Source: Selaginella moellendorffii (taxonomy: Eukaryota; Plantae; Lycopodiophyta). From it: DNA of 64,000 nt. Made by a program: the position numbers and the translations under genes. Location of the stretch: contig NW_003314268.1 of the NCBI RefSeq assembly GCF_000143415.4, positions 3,356,559 through 3,420,558 of the forward strand. Direction: 5' to 3'. Below the pieces are notes generated by a model. That model did no database searches. It saw only the letters and a list, made by a program, of their open reading frames with translations, and was not told where the DNA came from. Below, piece by piece: positions 1 to 13,300 of this stretch. Every line of letters starts with the position of its first letter. The stretch's first letter is position 1.

Positions 1-160
1 GAGTTTGAGACAGAGTCTGAGATCCGAGATTGGGTCCGAGACCGAGTTTGAGATCAAGTTCGAGGTCGAGTTCGAGATTGGGTCTGAGGTCGAGTCTGAG
101 ACCGAGTCCGAGATCGGGTTCGAGATCGAGTCCGAGATCGAGTCCAAGACCGAGTTCAAG
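1..160. repeat. Degenerate 6/12-bp tandem repeat (GAGTCCGAGATC-like)
   Basis: Repeated gagtyyrgagay units; this explains the low-complexity Ser/Arg ORF at 30-272. Confidence 0.8.
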
Positions 161-175
161 TGCTAATACAGGTCG

Positions 176-600
176 AGGGGTGAAAGCCCAAAGCATGTGT
201 CTCCTGGGGGGGGAAGTTATAGGGGGTTCTAAAGTTATAGTAGGGATAGTGAGGTCTAGGAACCAATCTTGAAGAAATTCTCTAGTGGTGCTTTCAAACT
301 AACTTGAGGTTGAGACTGGGGCCAAAGGGCCTTAGGTGGGAGTGAACATGGACTCAGGTGGTGCTAGAGGGGCCACCCAAAGAAATGCTCAAGAGCAGCT
401 CCCACTCCCAGAAGGGAAACCGACTGTGGTGCTCCCGGGTCATGTGGAGTGGTGCCCCACTTGAGTACCTTGCGGCTCATTGGTCCTCACCCTTCTTAGG
501 GGCTTAGGCCTTCCCTTTAGGATGGAAATGGGGGGGGGGGGGGGGTTGGTGTTGGTGGTAGAGGTACCCATACTAGGCCGTTAGGCCACGGTGTTTCCCC
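176..600 (+). mobile_element. Fragment related to the LTR of the LARD-like family
   Basis: 176-260 resembles 9737-9815 (ggggtgaaagcccaaagc...tatagtagggatagtg); 563-592 resembles 9931-9963. Confidence 0.55.
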
Positions 601-1439
601 CTGGTGTCCCGAAGCAAGTGTTGCACCCAAGGTTTGGGATTTAGAGGGTCCCATGATCAAGTCTTGTTGTACCAAAGGATGTTAGGAACTTGGAGGCTTG
701 GTGTGCTTGGCTTCTTGTGCTTGCGGGGAGTGTAACCGAACCTTAAGTTTAATCTAACTTAGAGAGGGGGATTAGGAGAGATTTGGGAATCCATGGATAG
801 ATGGTTAATGCTTTATTGCTCGTGCAGTGACTAATTGAAACCGAGTAAAACCAAGTAGAAGTTGGTACAATAGGCAGGAACCTTGGCAAGGGAACTTAGA
901 TAAAACCAAGGCTGTGTTGGTCGGATAAACAAGGTAAGCTAACAAATGGGAAAGGAAAAATTTGCTTTGGGCTTTCACCCCAAGCTTCCCTTAGTATCAG
1001 GAGTTAGTCTTTGGGACAAGCTCAAAACTTACTAATTATGGAATGTCTCATAGATTGCGAATTTGGATACAAGACGAATACTGGTGTGTTCAGGACAATT
1101 TCTACATTCTATAGATATGCTAAATAAGCAAATCTAAACACTTTCCATAAATAGCATTTGGGACCGAAATGAGACTAACACAAAGAGCATGATAGTGAAG
1201 GTGTTTGGCAGACATGGTAAGCTATCATCTAGCAATATTGAGGGACTAATCTCAATATGTGAGGGTTTTTGTCAAGCTAATTGTCGCGAATGTGACTTCG
1301 GGTATCGAAAATTACCTGTCGACTAGTCCTTACGGACACTCTTACCTTACTGCCACGACGGCAGGAGGTCGGTATTGCTGGACCCTTTATCAGTCCCTCT
1401 TGTGCTAGTGGAGTTAACTAGGCATTTCGAGTGTACTTA

Positions 1440-3714
1440 GACCGAAATGAGACTAACACAAAGGGCATGATAGCGAGGGTGTTTGGCAGACATGGTAAGC
1501 TATCATGTAGCGATATTGAGGGACCAATCTCAATACGCGAGGGTTCTTGTCACTAGCCAGTGCAAGACATAACAAGATGGGAACTCCTTACCGGGCTAAG
1601 TATGCTTAGCTAATAACACGTAGGAATTCCGTCCTTATGCTCGTCCGGTCTAAGTACACTCGAAATGCCCAGTTAACTCCACTAGCACAAGAGAGACTGA
1701 TAAAGGGTCCAGCAATACCGACCTCCTGCCGTCGTGGCAATAAGGTAAGAGTGTCCGTAAGGACTAGTCGACAGGTAACTTTCGATACCCGAAGTCACAT
1801 TCGCGACACTCTCCCCCCCTTGGGAAGATCGACGTCCTCGTCGATGCATACTCGAGTCTAGAATACCGCCAAGGAAACAACTCCAGAAAAAGTTCACGGT
1901 ACTTACATTATGTGAGAAATGCACCAACTTAAATGAGTTAGGGGGAACCTCTTTGTCTAATGCGGATGCGCTACCAGCTCAGACACCTTCCGGCGGTCGC
2001 CGACAAGGAAATGACCAACGAAGTCAGCCACCCTTGCTACTCTGGGGGTCACCCAGCTACAAAAGTGTGATATGCCCCTGCCCGCAAGAACATAGAGAGA
2101 GAAGCCAGAGGCCGCAACCCTCCTAAGTAAAGAAACCAAACCCGTCGGTAAGGTTTAGATAGACTACTGTAAACAGGCAGTTTAAAGTTGTTTACACGGT
2201 CACGCCCTTTCAACAAAATAAGGAACATCGACAAAGAGGCGGGTGATGTGACCAGTCGACAGTAGTTACCCCATGACTAGAGATTTCAACATGCACACGA
2301 AGTGCCGAAGCCAGTCTGCCTATACTGGCCCAAACTCAAAGATCAATAGATAGGGACTATATCAAAGTCATAAACAATGATATTTTAAAAATGTAATTAT
2401 CAGTGAATAAAGCTTAGATGAGAACACAAAAGTATTCCAAGTAAGTTATCATCTGATAAACTAGTATTATAGTAGATAGGAACCACCAAGATCACTAACT
2501 TTGGAAAACATAGGATTCACCATCCAACAAAATTCAATAGCAAGTATATCATCAAGGAAACTCAATGATGAAACTTAACTATCGAATATGGTAGACAGTA
2601 TGCCAAACAACTTACTAAAGATAACTCAAAGAACACAAAGTATCACTAACTAGCAAACAAAATGTTCGCAAATGTATCACCCAAAGGAAATAACATCCCA
2701 ATCTATCAGAACTAACTCGAGCAATAATCAACAGAACAGAATGAATGCGGTAAGACCAACAAACACCCATTCATGCCAACTATCACACTAGCCAATCCGA
2801 ATAGATCCTAACCAACAACACCAAGGAACTCAAGTTGCCTAAGCAAGTGTTAGCAACATCCTACTAATGTCTCAAACCCAAGAGACCAATCCAGAGCAAA
2901 CCATAAAGAACATGTGGTATTGCGAAAAGCCAAAAGCCATCAAAGAGAACAACCAACTATCATGAAAGATTGTCAATTAGCCCATCAATGTAGTGATGTA
3001 TAATCATCGTTGAAGAAAGAATCTACCATCCCGAAGAATAGCAAATAATTCCAAACCAACAATAATCAAGCAAAACTTGTGATAAGGACAATCAACTACC
3101 CCAGATGATAGTCAATCATCACCAATGATTGCCAGATGCAAAGCCAACTTCAACATCGAAGCTAATGAGCCAAAATGCCTTCCCCAACAACTTCTAACAA
3201 ATGGAACAATGAGCATAAAACTCAAAGAACCAAAGCTCGAAGAAGCCTATAGCCAAGTCTTGCTTAATAATGATCACGAGTTAACTTCAATGCTAAAGAA
3301 GAAACCATGGTGCAACCCACAATGTCTTCTTCAACACATCCATAAGCCAAACTTCATAATGCCAAAGCTAATGAAGAGCATTTCTGCATCAATCCAAAAG
3401 CTAAGCACAATGGAGCTATGCTCAATAAATAATCACTAAATGATCCTCCATGAATTCATCTATAGCAAGACGTAGCTCACGTCGTAACAAGCAGAAGGGA
3501 ATCATCAATGATCAATATAGTCCAATTCAAACCCAATAAAGATTTCAAACTTCCCAATATCGATCACTAACTCTTCCGCTTGTAGAGTTAGCATAGTCCA
3601 CGACTGAATCACTTTTCAAGGAAAAGCCAAAGCTCAACCCCTACTAAATAATCTCGTCTAGAACACAACTAACTCAAACTTGCCACTCAGTTTGTTTGAA
3701 CGTCAACACAGTTG
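1440..3714 (-). repeat. 2275-bp inverted copy of 7284-9558
   Basis: Near-identical reverse complement; mirrored ORF pairs such as 3125-3439(+)/7559-7873(-) and 1637-1861(+)/9137-9361(-). Confidence 0.95.
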
Positions 3715-4222
3715 GTATCGGAGCAAATGGCACGGGTTCGATTCCCATTGATTAGTGGCTACTTAAAAGTATAATATACCCTTGAGCAAGGTATATTCCT
3801 ACCCCTAAATTTGAAATCGTACGTATTGGGCATCCATGCGTATGTCCTTCCTCTTGTGTGGAGTATCCACGGACGAAGGTATCCACTGTGGGACTGCGGT
3901 ACGGGTGGATGACTAGTTGCCTCACATGGAATAGCTGGTCTACACAATGGAAGGATTGGTAGATTGAGTGCGGAAATGGAGGTGCTGGTTCCCCTTGGCT
4001 CAGTAGGGGTTGTTAGTCAATAGTCAATGAGGACATTGACATCTCTGAAGGGGGGGTGAGTGTAGCGCATGTGATCATGGGATGAGATTTGGATATACTG
4101 TCACCGTGGATCCTTGGAACCTTGGGAGATAAATGGGGATAAAATAGCCACTAAGGGCTCTCTCATCAAGCAATTGCCCCTTTTCCAGTTGGCTTAAGGG
4201 GAGAGAGATAAGGTGCGCTACA
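3708..4222 (+). mobile_element. TRIM segment: PBS, ~350 bp internal region, PPT and 162-bp LTR
   Basis: PBS tggtatcggagc at 3713-3724; PPT gaagggggggtgag at 4048-4060; LTR 4061-4222 with 9-bp terminal inverted repeats TGTAGCGCA...TGCGCTACA; homologous to 15424-15823. Confidence 0.85.
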
Positions 4223-7200
4223 TTTGGTATCGGAGCATGAGTCTCAGCGAGTACTATTCAATGAGATTGGGCAACTGGTCTCGTTGCATACGCAGAGATG
4301 AAAACGATGATCCGAGTGGGTACACGTTTTGGTGCAAAGACTTCGCAATCGTTCCTTGGGTATGGATTTGGTTACCTTCTTGTACCGTAATTATGTGAGC
4401 TTGCGCTTGGGCTCATAGGATGGTTTGGAGATGTTCCATTTGCACGAGTTTGAGCTTCAGCTCGTGAGTGAGGCACATTAGCAACTCAAGGTTATACTTT
4501 GAGTTGGCAGGATTAATGTTAGCCTATCAGTGGTTCCATGAGTTGTTCCATGTACCGTGGGTGAAAGTAAACTTTCCCTGAGTTTGCTATGAGTGGCAAA
4601 TAGGCTAGTCCGTAGCTGTTTAGCACGGCACTAGTGGATCCTTCCTAGGCATGATTATGAGTGGATCAATCAAGACTGTAGGGATTAGTCTATTGATTCA
4701 GGTAATCATTGCCATGCTCTCTCATAAACTTTTCTTCGATTGAACTGAAGGCAGTGCGAAAGCAAGCTTGAGGTTTAGTCAAAGATGAGACCGAAAAGTG
4801 AGTCGTTAGGGATGAAGGATCAAACACGTAAATCATTTTCTCTTCTTGGAGAGATGATCTGCAACGAGGTGTTAACTCATTGCTTGTGTTCACATCAAGC
4901 AATCAAGAGTCCCTATCTTGATGCATGTTGGAGATGGTGGTCTTACAATGGTGAGTTGTGGGATGGATAGTGGTAAAGTGCTATACCATTTTGTTTAAGC
5001 TTGCTATTGGAAGACTTGGGTTGCAATGCTCAATTCTTTTCTGGGGAACCTTGCTATATCTCCTTGTGTAGCTTGGTGTTGGATTAGTGTTGAGTTTGGT
5101 CTGAAAGAGAGTGGCATGAGCTTGTCCGTGTTGTAAACAAAAGTTAGTGATGTTGGGTGTTGTAAATCTCTATCGGTGGAGTGTGGCATTTATGTTGCAT
5201 TTTGTCGAATTGAGTTGGCACTTGATACTCACATAAACCTTTGAAGTAATGACATTGGTATTGCTCGTAGTGTTGCTCGATGGATGATCAAGTCATTGTG
5301 ATTATATATCATATCCATGTGATAATGAGCAATGTGTTTATGAAGTTGCTTGGATAAATGATGATCAACCCCCAAAGTGGTTGATGGAGAAGCTAGTCTA
5401 CTTGCACGAAGTAGCATTGTAGTAGCTTTGACTGGATTCTCTATAGTGATCCATTATGCTAAGCTTAAGTTGGTACCTTGTTTCTTTGAGTTGGTCCATA
5501 AGGTGTTGGAAAGGGTTGTAGCATTCATTTGTTATAGCTCATTAGTTGATCCGTTAACACTTGGAGTAGACTGTTGGATAGAGAAGGTGTGAGGTTGAGG
5601 CATTGACATCACTAGCACTTGTGTTAGTGGAAGTGGCATTGTTATTTCAAGTGATGAGGAATTTTCCTTGGACCTTGATTTTTCTATGTCATTTTTCTTG
5701 TTAGTGTTTTGGCTTCACATTGGATCTTGAAGGTGATTGAAGAAGAGTGTTAGTGCAATATGGATATCCGAAGATGTGGTCTTCGTGATCAAGCCTTGAA
5801 TGTTCATTTTGCATTTTGCGAATGTCAGAGTTGGATATCGGAAATATGGGCAAAAAGATGTTCGATGCTTAAGCATATTATGGATCATAAGAATCTGTGT
5901 TGAGGTGAACCTATGTGAAGTTGTTAGTAGGAGGAAGTTGGTTTAGTCTTGAAAATTTGCAATCCTGGACTGAGAGTCATTCTTTCTCTAGGATGGAAAT
6001 TTTCCACAAATTTTCTTAGACTTCCTCAATGGCTGATCTGTTGATCATTTTGTCCGAAAACCATTCCGTTTTCGAAAGCCAATACAAACTAGTAAAGGGG
6101 TTGGAGTTGACTTCGGTTGGCTTAGACTTTAGTAAGTAGTTTGTATGATGCAACCCGAAAGGGATGCTGACTTTTGGGGCTAAAGCAATTGGGTTGGATA
6201 GAGTCTGGAGTTGATGTAGAAAAGTGGCCGTTGCGCTTTTCTAAGAAAGGTGACCTTTGTACCTTTCTTTTGTAGCGTTATGCTTGGTGGCAGGTTGCAC
6301 CTTGCATTCTGTTAGACTCTATGAGAGTAGTGAGCTCTCACTGATCTTGACTTGGTCTTGGTGGCTTTGTGCCTTGGCTAAGGATGGTGATGTCCAACTT
6401 AGTTGTTTGAAGTTGAGATGTTGGTACCCATACTATAGCTTTGTCTATGAGGAGGTTGTGTACCGATATGGATCCATCTCATGGTCTTCACTTTAGTTTC
6501 AACTGAGTGTTGATCATGCATAGCTAGCCTCTTCAAGGCATGCTCAGAGCTATTGGCTAAACGTGTTAGTGAGTTTATCGCGGTTGAATTGGATTTGAGT
6601 GGTCATTTAGTTTGTGCTTGTCCATGAACCTTTATCTCAAACTGGGGATATTAGACAAGTATATAACTCAATGGCATGAGTTTAGTGTTTGGGTCTTGTG
6701 AAGGCAAGTTGAAAGAGTGATTGTTAGTTGCTTTGCGACTAGTGATTGTTTGTAGACTTTGTCAAAAGACTATTAATACTTTCTTCGCTCGATGATGATT
6801 TAGCAGTGATGGGCTTGCTTTACCGGATGGTATTGCGGAGGATCGTGTCGTTAGACTTACATGGGTTTTCCATGTTGGCATATCGGCTCTACCTTTGTCG
6901 ATATCATTTGGTTACGTTTAGTCTGTGGTGTTGGATTTCATTGAGTCTTGGATGTGGTGATTCACTCCTTGAATAAGTGTTATCTGTAACTGAGTTTTGC
7001 TGAAGGATTGGTCTCGAATGCTGAGTAAAGTATCTTCGACCTTGGTTAGTTTAGTTGCTAGAGAGCCTTGAGTGGTGATACACTCTTGCTTTCTTTTAGC
7101 TTTGTTCTGATGTTGATGGCATTGAGGTGATGCCTTGTCATTGATATTATTGATGTTGAGATTCATGTGAGATGATATATCTATCCTTAGGATTGATATT

Positions 7201-9189
7201 GAGTTTCATTGCTCTCGATGAAGATAGTGTTGATGATTTGGCCATAACTTTGTGTTATTGGCATTCGTGCATTTGCTAGTTAGCAACTGTGTTGACGTTC
7301 AAACAAACTGAGTGGCAAGTTTGAGTTAGTTGTGTTCTAGACGAGATTATTTAGTAGGGGTTGAGCTTTGGCTTTTCCTTGAAAAGTGATTCAGTCGTGA
7401 ACTATGCTAACTCTACAAGCGGAAGAGTTAGTGATCGATATTGGGAAGTTTGAAATCTTTATTGGGTTTGAATTGGACTATATTGATCATTGATGATTCC
7501 CTTCTGCTTGTTATGACGTGAGCTACGTCTTGCTATAGATGAATTCATGGAGGATCATTTAGTGATTACTTGTTGAGCATAGCTCCATTGTGCTTAGCTT
7601 TTGGATTGATGCAGAAATGCTCTTCATTAGCTTTGGCATTATGAAGTTTGGCTTATGGATGTGTTGAAGAAGACATTGTGGGTTGCACCATGGTTTCTTC
7701 TTTAGCATTGAAGTTAACTCGTGATCATTATTAAGCAAGACTTGGCTATAGGCTTCTTCGAGCTTTGGTTCTTTGAGTTTTATGCTCATTGTTCCATTTG
7801 TTAGAAGTTGTTGGGGAAGGCATTTTGGCTCATTAGCTTCGATGTTGAAGTTGGCTTTGCATCTGGCAATCATTGGTGATGATTGACTATCATCTGGGGT
7901 AGTTGATTGTCCTTATCACAAGTTTTGCTTGATTATTGTTGGTTTGGAATTATTTGCTATTCTTCGGGATGGTAGATTCTTTCTTCAACGATGATTATAC
8001 ATCACTATATTGATGGGCTAATTGACAATCTTTCATGATAGTTGGTTGTTCTCTTTGATGGCTTTTGGCTTTTCGCAATACCACATGTTCTTTGTGGTTT
8101 GCTCTGGATTGGTCTCTTGGGTTTGAGACATCAATAGGATGTTGCTAACACTTGCTTAGGCAACTTGAGTTCCTTGGTGTTGTTGGCTGGGATCTATTCG
8201 GATTGGCTAGTGTGATAATTGGCATGAATGGGTGTTTGTTGGTCTTACCGCATTCATTCTGTTCTGTTGATTATTACTCGAGTTAGTTCTGATAGATTGG
8301 GATGTTATTTCCTTTGGGTGATACATTCGCGAACATTTTGTTTGCTAGTCAGTGATACTTTGTGTTCTTTGAGTTATCTTTAGTAAGTTGTTTGGCATAC
8401 TGTCTACCATATTCGGTAGTTAAGTTTTATCATTGAGTTTCCTTGATGATATACTTGCTATTGAATTTTGTTGGATGGTGAATCCTATGTTTTCCAAAGT
8501 TAGTGATCTTGGTGGTTCCTATCTACTATAATACTAGTTTATCAGATGATAACTTACTTGGAATACTTTTGTGTTCTCATCTAAGCTTTATTCACTGATA
8601 ATTACATTTTTAAAATATCATTGTTTATGACTTTGATATAGTCCCTATCTATTGATCTTTGAGTTTGGGCCAGTATAGGCAGACTGGCTTCGGCACTTTG
8701 TGTGCATGTTGAAATCTCTAATCATGGGGTAACTACTGTCGACTGGTCACATCACCCGCCTCTCTGTCGATGTTCCTTATTTTGTTGAAAGGGCGTGACC
8801 GTGTAAACAACTCTAAACTGCCTGTTTACAGTAGTCTATCTAAACCTTACCGACAGGTTTGGTTTCTTTGCTTAGGAGGGTTGTGGCCTCTGGCTTCTCT
8901 CTCTATGTTCCTGCGGGCAGGGGCATATCACACTTTTGTAGCTGGGTGACCCCCAGAGCAGCAAGGGTGGCTGACTTCGTTGGTCATTTCCTTGTCGGCG
9001 ACCGCCGGAAGGTGTCTGAGCTGGTAGCGCATCCGCGTTAGACAAAGAGGTTCCCCCTAACTCATTTAAGTTGGTGCATTTCTCACATAGTGTGAGTACC
9101 GTGAACTTTTTCTGGAGTTGTTTCCTTGGCGGTATTCTAGACTCGAGTATGCATCGACGAGGATGTCGATCTTCCCAAGGGGGGGAGAG

Positions 9190-10335
9190 TGTCGCAAATT
9201 TGACTTCGGGTATCGAAAGTTACCTGTCGACTAGTCCTTACGGACACTCTTACCTTACTGCCACGACGGCAGGAGGTCGGTATTGCTGGACCCTTTATCA
9301 GTCCCTCTTGTGCTAGTGGAGTTAACTGGGCATTTCGAGTGTACTTAGACCGGACGAGCATAAGGACGGAATTCCTACGTGTTATTAGCTAAGCATATTT
9401 AGCCCGGTAAGGAGTTCCCGTCTCGTTATGTCTTGCACTGGCTAGTGACAAGAACCCTCGCGTATTGAGATTGGTCCCTCAATATCGCTACATGATAGCT
9501 TACCGTGTCTACCAAACACCCTCGCTATCATGCCTTTTGTGTTAGTCTCATTTCGGTCCTAAATGCTAATTATGGAAAGTGTCCAGATTTGCTCATTTGG
9601 CATATCTACGGAATGTAGAGATCGGCCTGAACACAATGGTGTTTGTCCCATGTCCAAATTCACAATCTAGGGACATTCCATATTTAGTAAGTTTCGAGCT
9701 TGTCCTAGAGACTAACTCCTGATACTAAGGGAAGCTTGGGGTGAAAGCCCAAAGCGTGTGTTCTTCAGAGGGGGGGGGCTATGGGGGGTTCTAAATGTAT
9801 AGTAGGGATAGTGGGTAGGTCGGGCATGGCCGACCAACCTGAGGCATAGTCTAGCTCCCGCTTGCGTGCCTGTCCTTGTTCTGCGTCCGGCTTGGGTCTA
9901 AGCCCAAGTTCCATTCCATGCTAGCTGGTGGAGTACCCATATCCTCACGTTAGGCCACCGGTATGCTGAAATAGCGCCAGACTCCGTTTGGCTCCGTTTT
10001 GCGTGCTGGTCCTGGCATTGGGATGCTGGTTGCTCCAGGACTGTTCCAAGTCACTCCGGGCCCTTGTCCCTTCGCTCCTTGGGCTGTATGCTCGGGAGTT
10101 GCTCCATGGTTCGGTTCCATCACTCCTTGGCTCCATGCTTGGGAGTTTGGCACCGTTCGTTCGTTCAGTGGCCCAAGGCCCTGAACCTCGGGTTCCTATG
10201 GACATGTGGCATGGACACGTGGCATATGACACGTGGCATTTGTCACGTGGCACAAAGAGGGTTTAGGTTCCGCTTCGTGGTGTTATCCTATGGTAAATCA
10301 CCATAGGATAAAGGGTCAAAACCACGTGCGCTACA
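9190..10335 (+). repeat. Intact 3' LTR (1146 bp) of the LARD-like element
   Basis: Follows the PPT, starts TG, ends CA, and is followed by the TSD CTAAT. Confidence 0.8.
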
Positions 10336-13300
10336 CTAATGCAAAACAGAGCAAAAGAGAACTAAAAAGATGGGCCATGTATGTATGGCCAAATAGACAC
10401 TTAGGAATTCCGTCCTGATGCTCATCTAGCCAAGTACAAAGGCAAAGCCCAGTTTACTAACACTTGAATAAAAGGGACTAATAAAGGGTCTAGCAATACC
10501 AGCCTTCTACTGTTGTGGCAGTAAAGAAGAGTGTTCATAAAGATTGGTTGACATGTAACTTTCGATACTCGAAGTCACATTCACAACACTTTCCCCCCTT
10601 AGGGAAGATCGACGTCCTCATTGATGTATACTCAAGTCTAAAACACTGCCAAGGAAACAACTCCAGAAAAAGTTTACGGTATTTACACTATGTGAGAAAT
10701 GCACCAACTTAAATGAGTTAAAGGTAACCTCTTTATCTAACACAGATGCACTACCAACTCAAACACCTTCCAACCATTGCTGACAAGGAAATGCCCAATA
10801 GAGTCAGCCACCCTTGTTGCTCTAGGTGTCACCTAGCTTATAAAAGTGTGATACGCCCCTGCTCGCAGGGACATAGAGAGTAAAGCCAGAGAAAACCCTC
10901 ATAAGCAAAAAAACCAAATCTGTCAGTAAGGTTTAGATAGACTATTGTAAATAGGCAGTTAGAGTTGTTTACACAGCCATGCCCTTTTAATAGAGTAAAA
11001 AACATCGACAAAGAGGCGGGTGATGTGACCAATCGACAGTAATTACCCCATGACTAAAGATTTCACCATACACACAAAGTGTTGAAGTCAGTTTGCTTAT
11101 ACTAGCCTAAACTCAAAGATCAATAAATGGACAATATAAAAATCATAGACAATGATATCTTAGAAAGTTAATTATCAGTGAATAAAGCTTAGTTTAGAAC
11201 ACGAAAGTATTCTAAGTAAGTTATCATCCGATAAATGAGTATTAGAGTATAGGAACCACCAAGATCATTATAGTTGGAAAACATAGGATTCATTATCCAA
11301 AAAAATTCAATAGCAAGTGTATCATCAAGAAAACTTAATGATAAAACTTAACTATCAAAAATTTTAAATAGCATGCTAAACAACTTATGTAAGATAACTC
11401 AAAGAACACAAAGTATCATTAACTGACAAATAAAATGCTCGTAAATGTATCATATGTAGGAAATAATATTTGAATTTATCAAATCTAACTCGAGTAATAA
11501 TCAATAGAATAGAATGAATATAGTAAAACCAACAAACACTCGTTCATGCCAACTATCGCACCAGTCAATCTAAATAGATTTTGGTCAATAATATCAAGGA
11601 ATTAGAGTTGCTCAAGCAAGTGTTAGCAATATTCTATCGATATCTCAAACCCAAGAGACTAAACTAGAACAAACCACAAAAAACATGTGGTATTGCAAAA
11701 AGCCATATGCTATCAAAGAGAATAATTAACTATCACAAAAAATCATTAATCATTCCATTAATGAAGAGATGCATAATCATCATTGAAAAAGCAATCTACC
11801 ATCCCAAAAAACGGCAAATCATTCTACATCAACAATAATCAAACAAAACTTTTTGACAAAAATAATCAACTATCTTAGATGATAGTCAATCATCACCAAT
11901 GATTAAATACTAACTTTAATATCAAATTTAACTTAAAAAATCAAACATTCCAATATCAATCATTAACTTTTCCTCTTGTAAAACTAGTATAGTTCATGAC
12001 TAAATCACTTTTCAGGGAAAAACTAAAGCTCAACCCCTACTAAACAATCTCATTTACAACACAACTAACTCAACTTATCACTCAGTTCATTTGAATGTCA
12101 ATATAGTTATTAAGTAGCAAATGCATAAATGCCAATAACACAAAACTACAACAAAATCATCAACGCTATCTTTATCAAGAGTAATGAAACTCAATATCAA
12201 TCCTATGGAAAGACATCTCATTTCACTCAAATCTTAATATTAATATTGTTAACAACAAAGCATCACTTCAATGCCATCAACACCGAAACAAAGTTAAAAG
12301 AAAGCAAAAGTGAATCACCACTCAAAGCCCTTTAACAATCAAGCTAACCAAAGTCAAAGATACTTTACTCAGTATCTGAGACTAATCCTTCAATAATACT
12401 TAGTTACAGATAACACATCATCAAGGAGTGAATCATTACATCCAAGACTCAATAAAATCTAACACCACGGACTAAACATAACCAAATGACATTGTCAAAT
12501 GTAAAATTGACATCCTAACATGGAGAAACCATGTAAGTCTAACAACATGATCCTCCGCAACACCATCTGGTAAAGCAAGCCCATCACTGTTAAATCATCA
12601 TCGAGTGAAGTAAGTGTCAAATAGTTCTTGACAAAGTTTATAAGTAACCACTAGTCATAGAGCAACCAACAATCACTTTTCAACTTGCCTTCATGAAACC
12701 CAAACACTAAACTCATGTCATCAAGTCATATACTTGTCCAATATGAATTAATACCCTAGATGCGAGATAAAGGTTTATAGACAAGCACAAACTTAAATAA
12801 CCACTCGAATCCAACTTAATCACAATAAGCTCATTAATGTGTCTAGCTAGTAGCTCTGAGTATACTTTAAAGAGGTTAGCTTTGCATGATTAACACCTAG
12901 TCAAAATTAAAGTGTAGACCATGAGATGGACTCATATTGGTACATAACCTCCTTATAGACAAAACTATAGTATAGGTACTAATATCCCAACTTCAAACAA
13001 CTAAATTGGATATCACCATCCTTGGCCAAAGTGTAGAGCCACCAAGACTAAATCAAGATTAGTGAAAGCTCATTACTCTCAGAAAGTCTAATGAAATGCA
13101 AAGTGCAATTTACCACCAAGCATAATGCTAAAAGAAAGGCATAAGGGACACTTTTTTAGAAAAGCACAATAGACACTTTCCTACACTAACTCCAAATTCT
13201 ATCCAACTCAATTACCTTAGCCCCAAAAGTCTGCATCCCTTTTGAGTTGCATCATACAAATTGCCTACTAAGGTTTAAGCCAACCAAAGTTAGCTTCAAC

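Larger units (their letters stand above)
1282..10335 (+). mobile_element. Younger non-coding LTR retroelement (LARD-like), about 9.05 kb, with a rearranged 5' LTR
   Basis: Termini TGTCGC...GCTACA; 5-bp TSD CTAAT (1277-1281 and 10336-10340); tRNA-iMet-type PBS tggtatcggagc at 4225-4236; PPT aagggggggagag at 9177-9189; 3' LTR 9190-10335; 1282-1444 equals the start of that LTR; no recognisable gag/pol ORF inside. Confidence 0.85.

Noticed and set aside
1-160. Periodic repeat as a possible CRISPR array or SR protein
   Set aside because: No unique spacers; it is a simple degenerate tandem repeat in a retroelement context.
3125-3439. 104-aa ORF that recurs at 7559-7873
   Set aside because: The recurrence comes from the recent inverted duplication; the segment is deleted in the older copy, so there is no evidence of coding selection.
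3725-3750. GGTTCGATTCCC resembling a tRNA T-arm
   Set aside because: No cloverleaf is present; it lies just after a retroelement PBS.
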